A DNA stretch of 64,000 nucleotides from Eledone cirrhosa (lineage: Eukaryota). Both the position numbers and the translations under genes were made by a program. The DNA lies in assembly GCA_964016885.1 (NCBI GenBank), contig OZ024740.1, positions 408,952,001-409,016,000 of the forward strand, in the 5' to 3' direction. Numbering within the stretch: position 1 is the stretch's first letter; each line of letters begins with the position of its first letter. Shown piece after piece: positions 43,401 through 55,200 of the stretch. The notes beneath the pieces are model-generated. The model worked only from the letters and a program-made list of their open reading frames with translations, did no database searches and was not told the origin of the DNA.

Positions 43401-45499
43401 CTGTCCAAGAATGTCATCCCTTTCACCTGTCACTAAGCCTCTACCCAGAGTCTGTCCAAGAATGTCATTCCTTTCAACTGCCACTAAGTCTCTATCTAGA
43501 GTCTGTCCAAGAAAGTCATCCTTTCACCTGTCACTAAGCCTCTACCCAGAGTCTGTCCAAGAATGTCATACCTTTCACCTGTCACTAAGCCTCTACCCAG
43601 AGTCTGTCCAAGAATGTCATCCCTTTCACCTGTCACTAAGCGTCTACCCAGAGTCTGCCCAAGAATGTCATCCCTTTCACTTGTCACTAAGCCTCTACCC
43701 AGAGTCTGCCCAAGAATGTCATCCCTTTCACCTGCCACGAAGCCTCTGCCCAGAGTCTGTCCAAGAATGTCATCCCTTTCACCTGTCACTAAGTCTCTAC
43801 CCAGAGTCTGTCCAAGAATGTCATCCCTTTCACCTGCCACTAAGCCTCTACCCAGAGTCTGTCCAAGAATGTCATCCCTTTCACCTGTCATTAAGCCTCT
43901 ACCCAGAGTCTGTCCAAGAATGTCATCCCTTTCACCTGCCACTAAGCCTCTACCCAGAGTCTGTCCAAGAATGTCATCCCTTTCACCTGTCACTAAGCCT
44001 CTACCCAGAGTCTGTCCAAGAATGTCATCCCTTTCACCTGTCACTAAGTCTCTACCTAGAGTCTGTCCAAGAATGTCATCCCTTTCACCTGTCACTGAGC
44101 CTCTACCCAGAGTCTGTCCAAGAATGTCATCCCTTTCACCTGTCACTAAGCCTCTACCCTGAGTCTGCTCAAGAATGTCATCCCTTTCACCTGTCACTAA
44201 GTCTCTACCCAGAGTTTGTCCAAGAATGTCATCCCTTTCACATGTCACTAAGCCTCTACCCAGAGTCTGTCCGAGAATGTCATCCCTTTCACCTGTCACT
44301 AAGCCTCTACCCTGAGTCTGCTCAAGAAAGTCATCCCTTTCACCTGTCACTAAGTCTCTACCCAGAGTTTGTCCAAGAATGTCATCCCTTTCACCTGTCA
44401 CTAAGCGTCTACCCAGAGTCTGTCCAAGAATGTCATCCCTTTCACCTGTCATTAAGCCTCTACCCAGAGTCTGTCCAAGAATGTCATCCCTTTCACCTGT
44501 CACTAAGCCTCTACCCTGTGTCTGCTCAAGAATGTCATCCCTTTCACCTGTCACTAAGTCTCTACCCAGAGTTTGTCCAAGAATGTCATCCCTTTCACCT
44601 GTCACTAAGCCTCTACCCAGAGTCTGTCCGAGAATGTCATCCCTTTCACCTGTCACTAAGCCTCTACACTGAGTCTGCTCAAGAATGTCATCCCTTTCAC
44701 CTGTCACTAAGTCTCTACCCAGAGTTTGTCCAAGAATGTCACCCCTTTCACCTGTCACTAAGCATCTAACCAGAGTCTGTCCAAGAATGTCATCCCTTTC
44801 ACCTGTCATTAAGCCTCTACCCAGAGTCTGTCCAAGAATGTCATCCCTTTCACCTGCCACTAAGCCTCTACCCTGAGTCTATCCAAGAATGTCATCCCTT
44901 TCACCTGTCACTAAGCCTCTACCCAGAGTCTGTCCAAGAATGTCATCCCTTTCACCTGTCACTAAGTCTCTACTCAGAGTCTGTCCAAGAATGTTATCCC
45001 TTTCACCTGTCACTAAGCCTCTACCCAGAGTCTGTCCAAGAATGTCATCCCTTTCACCTGCCACTAAGCCTCTACCCTGAGTCTATCCATGAATGTCATC
45101 CCTTTCACCTGTCATTAAGCCTCTACCCAGAGTCTGTCCAAGAATGTCATCCCTTTCACCTGCCACTAAGCCTCTACGCAGAGTCTGTCCAAGAATGTTA
45201 TCCCTTTCACCTGTCACTAAGTCTCTACCCAGAGTCTGTCCAAGAATGTCATCCCTTTCACCTGCCACTAAGCCTCTACCCAGAGTCTGTCCAAGAATGT
45301 CATCCCTTTCACCTGCCACTAAGCCTGTACCCAGAGTCTGTCCAAGAATGTCATCCCTTTCACCTGTCATTAAGCCTCTACCCAGAGTCTGTCCAAGAAT
45401 GTCATCCCTTTCACCTGCCACTAAGCCTCTACGCAGAGTCTGCCCAAGAATGTCATCCCTTTCACCTGTCATTAAGCCTCTACCCTGAGTCTGTCCAAG

Positions 45500-48400
45500 A
45501 ATGTCATCCCTTTCACCTGTCACTAAGCCTCTACCCAGAGTCTGTCCAAGAATGTCATCCCTTTCACCTGTCACTAAGCCTATACCCAGAGTCTGTCCAA
45601 GGATGTCATCCCTTTCAACTGCCACTAAGCCTCTACCCAGAGTCTGTCCAAGAATGTCATCCCTTTCACCTGTCACTAAGCCTCTACCAAGAGTCTGTCC
45701 AAGAAAGTCATCCCTTTCAACTGTCACTAAGCCTCTAAGCAGAGTCTGTCCAAGAATGTCATCCCTTTCACCTGCCACTAAGCCTCTACCCAGAGTCTGT
45801 CCAAGAATGTCATCCCTTTCTCCTGCCGCTAAGCCTCTACCCAGAGTCTGTCCAAGAATGTCATCCCTTTCACCTGTCACTAAGCCTCTACCCAGAGTCT
45901 GTCCAAGAATGTCATCCCTTTCCCCTGTCACTAAGCCTCTACCCAGAGTCTGTCCAAGAATGTCATCCCTTTCACCTGTCACTAAGCCTCTAACCAGAGT
46001 CTGTCCAAGAATGCCACCCCTTTCACCTGCCACTAAGCCTCTACCCAGAGTCTGTCCAAGAATGTCATCCCTTTCACCTGTCACTAAGCCTCTACCCAGA
46101 GTCTGTCCAAGAATGTCCTCCCTTTCACCTGCCACTAAGCCTCTACCCAGAGTCTGTCCAAGAATGTCATCCCTTTCACCTGTCACTAAGCCTCTACCCA
46201 GAGTCTGTCTAAGAATGTCCTCCCTTTCACCTGCCACTAAGCCTCTACCCAGAGTCTGTCCAAGAATGTCATCCCTTTCACCTGTCACTAAGCCTCTACC
46301 CAGAGTCTGTCCAAGAATGTCCTCCCTTTCACCTGCCACTAAGCCTCTACCCAGAGTCTGTCCAAGAATGTCATCCCTTTCACCTGTCACTAAGCCTCTA
46401 CCTAGAGTCTGTCCAAGAATGTCCTCCCTTTCACCTGCCACTAAGCCTCTACCCAGAGTCTGTCCAAGAATGTCATCCCTTTCACCTGTCACTAAGCCTC
46501 TACCCAGAGTCTGTCCAAGAAAGTCATCCCTTTCACCTGCCACTAAGCCTGTACCCAGAGTCTGTCCAAGAATGTCCTCCCTTTCACCTGCCACTAAGCC
46601 TCTACCCAGAGTCTGTCCAAGAATGTCCTCCCTTTCACCTGTCACTAAGCCTGTACCCAGAGTCTGTCCAAGAATGTCATCCCTTTCCCCTGTCACTAAG
46701 TCTCTACCCAGAGTCTGTCCAAGAATGTCATCCCTTTCACCTGCCACTAAGCCTCTACCCAGAGTCTGTCCAAGAATGTCCTCCCTTTCACCTGCCACTA
46801 AGTCTCTACCCAGAGTCTGTCCAAGAATGTCATCCCTTTCACCTGTCACTAAGTCTCTACCCAGAGTCTGTCCAAGAATGTCATCCCTTTCACCTGCCAC
46901 TAAGCCTCTACCCAGAGTCTGTCCAAGAATGTCATCCCTTTCACCTGCCACTAAGCCTGTACCCAGAGTCTGTCCAAGAATGTCATCCCTTTCACCTGTC
47001 ACTAAGTCTCTACCCAGAGTCTGTCCAAGAATGTCATCCCTTTCACCTGCCACTAAGCCTCTACCCAGAGTCTGTCCAAGAATGTCCTCCCTTTCACCTG
47101 CCACTAAGCCTGTACCCAGAGTCTGTCCAAGAATGTCATCCCTTTCACCTGTCACTAAGTCTCTACCCAGAGTCTGTCCAAGAATGTCATCCCTTTCACC
47201 TGCCACTAAGCCTCTACCCAGAGTCTGTCCTAGAATGTCCTCCCTTTCACCTGTCACTAAGTCTCTACCCAGAGTCTGTCCAAGAATGTCATCCCTTTCA
47301 CCTGTCACTAAGTCTCTACCCAGAGTCTGTCCAAGAATGTCATCCCTTTCACCTGCCACTAAGCCTCTACCCAGAGTCTGTCCAAGAATGTCATCCCTTT
47401 CACCTGCCACTAAGCCTGTACCCAGAGTCTGTCCAAGAATGTCATCCCTTTCACCTGTCACTAAGTCTCTACCCAGAGCCTCTCCAAGAATGTCCTCCCT
47501 TTCACCTGCCACTAAGCCTCTACCCAGAGTCTGTCCAAGAATGTCCTCCCTTTCACCTGCCACTAAGCCTGTACCCAGAGTCTGTCCAAGAATGTCATCC
47601 CTTTCACCTGTCACTAAGTCTCTACCCAGAGTCTGTCCAAGAATGTCATCCCTTTCACCTGCCACTAAGCCTCTACCCATAGTCTGTCCTAGAATGTCAT
47701 CCCTTTCACCTGTCATTAAGCCTCTACCCAGAGTCTGTCCAAGAATGTCATCCCTTTCACCTGTCACTAAGTCTCTACCCAGAGTTTGTCCAAGAATGTC
47801 ATCCCTTTCACCTGTCACTAAGCATCTAACCAGAGTCTGTCCAAGAATGTCATCCCTTTCACCTGTCATTAAGCCTCTACCCAGAGTCTGTCCAAGAATG
47901 TCATCCCTTTCACCTGCCACTAAGCCTCTACCCAGAGTCTGTCTATGAATGTCATCCCTTTCACCTGTCACTAAGTCTCTATCCAGAGTCTGTCCAAGAA
48001 TGTCATCCCTTTCACCTGCCACTAAGCCTCTACCCAGAGTCTGTCCAAGAATGTCATCCCTTTCACCTGCCACTAAGCCTCTACCCAGAGTCTGTCCAAG
48101 AATGTCATCTCTTTCACCTGTCATTAAGCCTCTACCCAGAGTCTGCCCAAGAATATCATCCCTTTCACCTGTCACTAAGCCTCTACCCAGAGTCTGTCCA
48201 AGAATGTTATCTCTTTCACCTGTCACTAAGTCTCTACCCAGAGTCTGTCCAAGAATGTCATCCCTTTCACCTGCCACTAAGCCTCTACCCAGAGTCTGTC
48301 CAAGAATGTCATCCCTTTCACCTGTCATTAAGCCTCTACCCAGAGTCTGTCGAAGAATGTCATCCCTTTCACCTGTCACTAAGCCTCTACCCAGAGTCTG

Positions 48401-51400
48401 TCTATGAATGTCATCCCTTTCACCTGTCACTAAGTCTCTACCCAGTGTCTGTCCAAGAATGTCATCCCTTTCACCTGCCACTAAGCCTCTACCCAGAGTC
48501 TGTCCAAGAATGTCATCCCTTTCACCTGCCACTAAGCCTCTACCCAGAGTCTGTCCAAGAATGTCATCCCTTTCACCTGCCACTAAGCCTCTACCCAGAG
48601 TCTGTCCAAGAATGTCATCCCTTTCACCTGCCACTAAGCCTCTACCCAGAGTCTGTCTATGAATGTCATCCCTTTCACCTGCCACTAAGTCTCTACCCAG
48701 AGTCTGTCCAAGAATGTCATCCCTTTCACCTGCCACTAAGCCTCTACCCAGAGTCTGTCCAAGAATGTCATCCCTTTCACCTGCCACTAAGCCTCTACCC
48801 AGAGTCTGTCCAAGAATGTCATCCCTGTCACCTGCCACTAAGCTTCTACCCAGAGTCTGTCCAAGAATGTCACCCCTTTCACCTGCCACTAAGCCTCTAC
48901 CCAGAGTCTGTCCAAGAATGTCATCTCTTTCACCTGTCACTAAGTCTCTACCCAGAGTCTGTCCAAGAATGTCATCCCTTTCACCTGCCACTAAGCCTCT
49001 ACCCAGAGTCTGTCCAAGAATGTCATCCCTTTCACCTGTCATTAAGCCTCTACCCAGAGTCTGCCCAAGAATATCATCCCTTTCACCTGTCACTAAGCCT
49101 CTACCCAGAGTCTGTCTAAGAATATCATCCCTTTCACCTGCCACTAAGCCTCTACCCAGAGTCTGTCCAAGAATGTCCTCCCTTTCACCTGTCACTAAGC
49201 CTCTACCCAGAGTCTGTCCAAGAATGTCATCCCTTTCACCTGCAACTAAGCCTCTACCCAGAGTCTGTCCAATAAAGTCATCCCTTTCACCTGTCACTAA
49301 GCCTCTACCCAGAGTCTGTCCAAGAATGTCATCCCTTTCACCTGTCACTAAGCCTCTACCCAGAGTCTGTCCAAGAATGTCATCCCTTTCACCTGCCACT
49401 TAGCCTCTACCCAGAGTCTGTCCAAGAATGTCATCCCTTTCACCTGTCACTAAGCCTCTACCCAGAGTCTGTCCAAGAATGTCATCCCTTTCACCTGCCA
49501 CTAAGCCTCTACCCAGAGTCTGTCCAAGAATGTCATCCCTTTCACCTGTCACTAAGCCTCTACCCAGAGTCTGTCTAAGAATATCATCCCTTTCACCTGT
49601 CACTAAGCCTCTACCCAGAGTCTGTCCAAGAATGTCATCCCTTTCACCTGTCACTAAGCCTATACCCAGAGTCTGTCCAAGGATGTCATCCCTTTCAACT
49701 GCCACTAAGCCTCTACCCAGAGTCTGTCCAAGAATGTCATCCCTGTCACCTGTCACTAAGCCTCTACCAAGAGTCTGTCCAAGAAAGTCATCCCTTTCAA
49801 CTGTCACTAAGCCTCTAAGCAGAGTCTGTCCAAGAATGTCATCCCTTTCACCTGCCACTAAGCCTCTACCCAGAGTCTGTCCAAGAATGTCATCCCTTTC
49901 TCCTGCCGCTAAGCCTCTACCCAGAGTCTGTCCAAGAATGTCATCCCTTTCTCCTGCCGCTAAGCCTCTACCCAGAGTCTGTCCAAGAATGTCATCCCTT
50001 TCACCTGTCACTAAGCCTCTACCCAGAGTCTGTCCAAGAATGCCACCCCTTTCACCTGCCACTAAGCCTCTACCCAGAGTCTGTCCAAGAATGTCATCCC
50101 TTTCACCTGTCACTAAGCCTCTACCCAGAGTCTGTCCAAGAATGTCCTCCCTTTCACCTGCCACTAAGCCTCTACCCAGAGTCTGTCCAAGAATGTCATC
50201 CCTTTCACCTGTCACTAAGCCTCTACCCAGAGTCTGTCTAAGAATGTCCTCCCTTTCACCTGCCACTAAGCCTCTACCCAGAGTCTGTCCAAGAATGTCA
50301 TCCCTTTCACCTGTCACTAAGCCTCTACCCAGAGTCTGTCCAAGAATGTCCTCCCTTTCACCTGCCACTAAGCCTCTACCCAGAGTCTGTCCAAGAATGT
50401 CATCCCTTTCACCTGTCACTAAGCCTCTACCTAGAGTCTGTCCAAGAATGTCCTCCCTTTCACCTGCCACTAAGCCTCTACCCAGAGTCTGTCCAAGAAT
50501 GTCATCCCTTTCACCTGTCACTAAGCCTCTACCCAGAGTCTGTCCAAGAAAGTCATCCCTTTCACCTGCCACTAAGCCTGTACCCAGAGTCTGTCCAAGA
50601 ATGTCCTCCCTTTCACCTGCCACTAAGCCTCTACCCAGAGTCTGTCCAAGAATGTCCTCCCTTTCACCTGTCACTAAGCCTGTACCCAGAGTCTGTCCAA
50701 GAATGTCATCCCTTTCCCCTGTCACTAAGTCTCTACCCAGAGTCTGTCCAAGAATGTCATCCCTTTCACCTGCCACTAAGCCTCTACCCAGAGTCTGTCC
50801 AAGAATGTCCTCCCTTTCACCTGCCACTAAGTCTCTACCCAGAGTCTGTCCAAGAATGTCATCCCTTTCACCTGTCACTAAGTCTCTACCCAGAGTCTGT
50901 CCAAGAATGTCATCCCTTTCACCTGCCACTAAGCCTCTACCCAGAGTCTGTCCAAGAATGTCATCCCTTTCACCTGCCACTAAGCCTGTACCCAGAGTCT
51001 GTCCAAGAATGTCATCCCTTTCACCTGTCACTAAGTCTCTACCCAGAGTCTGTCCAAGAATGTCATCCCTTTCACCTGCCACTAAGCCTCTACCCAGAGT
51101 CTGTCCAAGAATGTCCTCCCTTTCACCTGCCACTAAGCCTGTACCCAGAGTCTGTCCAAGAATGTCATCCCTTTCACCTGTCACTAAGTCTCTACCCAGA
51201 GTCTGTCCAAGAATGTCATCCCTTTCACCTGCCACTAAGCCTCTACCCAGAGTCTGTCCTAGAATGTCCTCCCTTTCACCTGTCACTAAGTCTCTACCCA
51301 GAGTCTGTCCAAGAATGTCATCCCTTTCACCTGTCACTAAGTCTCTACCCAGAGTCTGTCCAAGAATGTCATCCCTTTCACCTGCCACTAAGCCTCTACC

Positions 51401-54400
51401 CAGAGTCTGTCCAAGAATGTCATCCCTTTCACCTGCCACTAAGCCTGTACCCAGAGTCTGTCCAAGAATGTCATCCCTTTCACCTGTCACTAAGTCTCTA
51501 CCCAGAGCCTCTCCAAGAATGTCCTCCCTTTCACCTGCCACTAAGCCTCTACCCAGAGTCTGTCCAAGAATGTCCTCCCTTTCACCTGCCACTAAGCCTC
51601 TACCCAGAGTCTGTCCAAGAATGTCATCCCTTTCACCTGTCACTAAGTCTCTACCCAGAGTCTGTCCAAGAATGTCATCCCTTTCACCTGCCACTAAGCC
51701 TCTACCCATAGTCTGTCCTAGAATGTCATCCCTTTCACCTGTCATTAAGCCTCTACCCAGAGTCTGTCCAAGAATGTCATCCCTTTCACCTGTCACTAAG
51801 TCTCTACCCAGAGTTTGTCCAAGAATGTCATCCCTTTCACCTGTCACTAAGCATCTAACCAGAGTCTGTCCAAGAATGTCATCCCTTTCACCTGTCATTA
51901 AGCCTCTACCCAGAGTCTGTCCAAGAATGTCATCCCTTTCACCTGCCACTAAGCCTCTACCCAGAGTCTGTCTATGAATGTCATCCCTTTCACCTGTCAC
52001 TAAGTCTCTATCCAGAGTCTGTCCAAGAATGTCATCCCTTTCACCTGCCACTAAGCCTCTACCCAGAGTCTGTCCAAGAATGTCATCCCTTTCACCTGCC
52101 ACTAAGCCTCTACCCAGAGTCTGTCCAAGAATGTCATCTCTTTCACCTGTCATTAAGCCTCTACCCAGAGTCTGCCCAAGAATATCATCCCTTTCACCTG
52201 TCACTAAGCCTCTACCCAGAGTCTGTCCAAGAATGTTATCTCTTTCACCTGTCACTAAGTCTCTACCCAGAGTCTGTCCAAGAATGTCATCCCTTTCACC
52301 TGCCACTAAGCCTCTACCCAGAGTCTGTCCAAGAATGTCATCCCTTTCACCTGTCATTAAGCCTCTACCCAGAGTCTGTCGAAGAATGTCATCCCTTTCA
52401 CCTGTCACTAAGCCTCTACCCAGAGTCTGTCTATGAATGTCATCCCTTTCACCTGTCACTAAGTCTCTACCCAGTGTCTGTCCAAGAATGTCATCCCTTT
52501 CACCTGCCACTAAGCCTCTACCCAGAGTCTGTCCAAGAATGTCATCCCTTTCACCTGCCACTAAGCCTCTACCCAGAGTCTGTCCAAGAATGTCATCCCT
52601 TTCACCTGCCACTAAGCCTCTACCCAGAGTCTGTCCAAGAATGTCATCCCTTTCACCTGCCACTAAGCCTCTACCCAGAGTCTGTCTATGAATGTCATCC
52701 CTTTCACCTGCCACTAAGTCTCTACCCAGAGTCTGTCCAAGAATGTCATCCCTTTCACCTGCCACTAAGCCTCTACCCAGAGTCTGTCCAAGAATGTCAT
52801 CCCTTTCACCTGCCACTAAGCCTCTACCCAGAGTCTGTCCAAGAATGTCATCCCTTTCACCTGCCACTAAGCTTCTACCCAGAGTCTGTCCAAGAATGTC
52901 ACCCCTTTCACCTGCCACTAAGCCTCTACCCAGAGTCTGTCCAAGAATGTCATCTCTTTCACCTGTCACTAAGTCTCTACCCAGAGTCTGTCCAAGAATG
53001 TCATCCCTTTCACCTGCCACTAAGCCTCTACCCAGAGTCTGTCCAAGAATGTCATCCCTTTCACCTGTCATTAAGCCTCTACCCAGAGTCTGCCCAAGAA
53101 TATCATCCCTTTCACCTGTCACTAAGCCTCTACCCAGAGTCTGTCTAAGAATATCATCCCTTTCACCTGCCACTAAGCCTCTACCCAGAGTCTGTCCAAG
53201 AATGTCCTCCCTTTCACCTGTCACTAAGCCTCTACCCAGAGTCTGTCCAAGAATGTCATCCCTTTCACCTGCAACTAAGCCTCTACCCAGAGTCTGTCCA
53301 ATAAAGTCATCCCTTTCACCTGTCACTAAGCCTCTACCCAGAGTCTGTCCAAGAATGTCATCCCTTTCACCTGCCACTTAGCCTCTACCCAGAGTCTGTC
53401 CAAGAATGTCATCCCTTTCACCTGTCACTAAGCCTCTACCCAGAGTCTGTCCAAGAATGTCATCCCTTTCACCTGCCACTAAGCCTCTACCCAGAGTCTG
53501 TCCAAGAATGTCATCCCTTTCACCTGTCACTAAGCCTCTACCCAGAGTCTGTCCAAGAATGTCCTCCCTTTCACCTGCCACTAAGCCTCTACCCAGAGTC
53601 TGTCCAAGAATGTCATCCCTTTCACCTGTCACTAACCCTCTACCCAGAGTCTGTCCAAGAATGTCCTCCCTTTCACCTGCCACTAAGCCTCTACCCAGAG
53701 TCTGTCCAAGAATGTCATCCCTTTCACCTGTCACTAAGCCTCTACCCAGAGTCTGTCCAAGAATGTCCTCCCTTTCACCTGCCACTAAGCCTCTACCCAG
53801 AGTCTGTCCAAGAATGTCATCCCTTTCACCTGTCACTAAGCCTCTACCCAGAGTCTGTCCAAGAATGTCCTCCCTTTCACCTGCCACTAAGCCTCTACCC
53901 AGAGTCTGTCCAAGAATGTCATCCCTTTCACCTGTCACTAAGTCTCTACCTAGAGTCTGTCCAAGAATGTCCTCCCTTTCACCTGCCACTAAGCCTCTAC
54001 CCAGAGTCTGTCCAAGAATGTCATCCCTTTCACCTGTCACTAAGCCTCTACCCAGAGTCTGTCCAAGAAAGTCATCCCTTTCACCTGCCACTAAGCCTGT
54101 ATCCAGAGTCTGTCCAAGAATGTCCTCCCTTTCACCTGCCACTAAGCCTCTACCCAGAGTCTGTCCAAGAATGTCCTCCCTTTCACCTGTCACTAAGCCT
54201 GTACCCAGAGTCTGTCCAAGAATGTCATCCCTTTCCCCTGTCACTAAGTCTCTACCCAGAGTCTGTCCAAGAATGTCATCCCTTTCACCTGCCACTAAGC
54301 CTCTACCCAGAGTCTGTCCAAGAATGTCCTCCCTTTCACCTGTCACTAAGTCTCTACCCAGAGTCTGTCCAAGAATGTCATCCCTTTCACCTGTCACTAA

Positions 54401-55200
54401 GTCTCTACCCAGAGTCTGTCCAAGAATGTCATCCCTTTCACCTGCCACTAAGCCTCTACCCAGAGTCTGTCCAAGAATGTCATCCCTTTCACCTGCCACT
54501 AAGCCTGTACCCAGAGTCTGTCCAAGAATTTCATCCCTTTCACCTGTCACTAAGTCTCTACCCAGAGTCTGTCCAAGAATGTCATCCCTTTCACCTGCCA
54601 CTAAGCCTCTACCCAGAGTCTGTCCAAGAATGTCCTCCCTTTCACCTGCCACTAAGCCTGTACCCAGAGTCTGTCCAAGAATGTCATCCCTTTCACCTGT
54701 CACTAAGTCTCTACCCAGAGTCTGTCCAAGAATGTCATCCCTTTCACCTGCCACTAAGCCTCTACCCAGAGTCTGTCCAAGAATGTCCTCCCTTTCACCT
54801 GTCACTAAGTCTCTACCCAGAGTCTGTCCAAGAATGTCATCCCTTTCACCTGTCACTAAGTCTCTACCCAGAGTCTGTCCAAGAATGTCATCCCTTTCAC
54901 CTGCCACTAAGCCTCTACCCAGAGTCTGTCCAAGAATGTCATCCCTTTCACCTGCCACTAAGCCTGTACCCAGAGTCTGTCCAAGAATGTCATCCCTTTC
55001 ACCTGTCACTAAGTCTCTACCCAGAGCCTCTCCAAGAATGTCCTCCCTTTCACCTGCCACTAAGCCTCTACCCAGAGTCTGTCCAAGAATGTCCTCCCTT
55101 TCACCTGCCACTAAGCCTGTACCCAGAGTCTGTCCAAGAATGTCATCCCTTTCACCTGTCACTAAGTCTCTACCCAGAGTCTGTCCAAGAATGTCATCCC
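45500..55200. repeat. Terminal array domain: ~79-monomer (~4.0-kb) block in two full copies and one partial copy
   Basis: Offset 4029 = 79x51 (47949/51978, 48408/52437), drifting to 80 and 78 monomers at the block ends. The GAGCCTCTCC variant occurs at ~47479, 51508 and 55027. The AATGTCCTCCC variant was seen only from ~46118 onward. Confidence 0.85.

Larger units (their letters stand above)
19691..44678. repeat. 12,494-bp (245-monomer) tandem duplication inside the array: 19691-32184 and 32185-44678
   Basis: ORFs and rare variants recur at offset 12494 (20615/33109, 22360/34854, 26572/39066, 28633/41127, 31885/44379), including the 1-bp deletion (31027/43521). A chimeric junction monomer CACTGAGTCTGCCCAAG sits at ~32173-32189. 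Confidence 0.93.
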
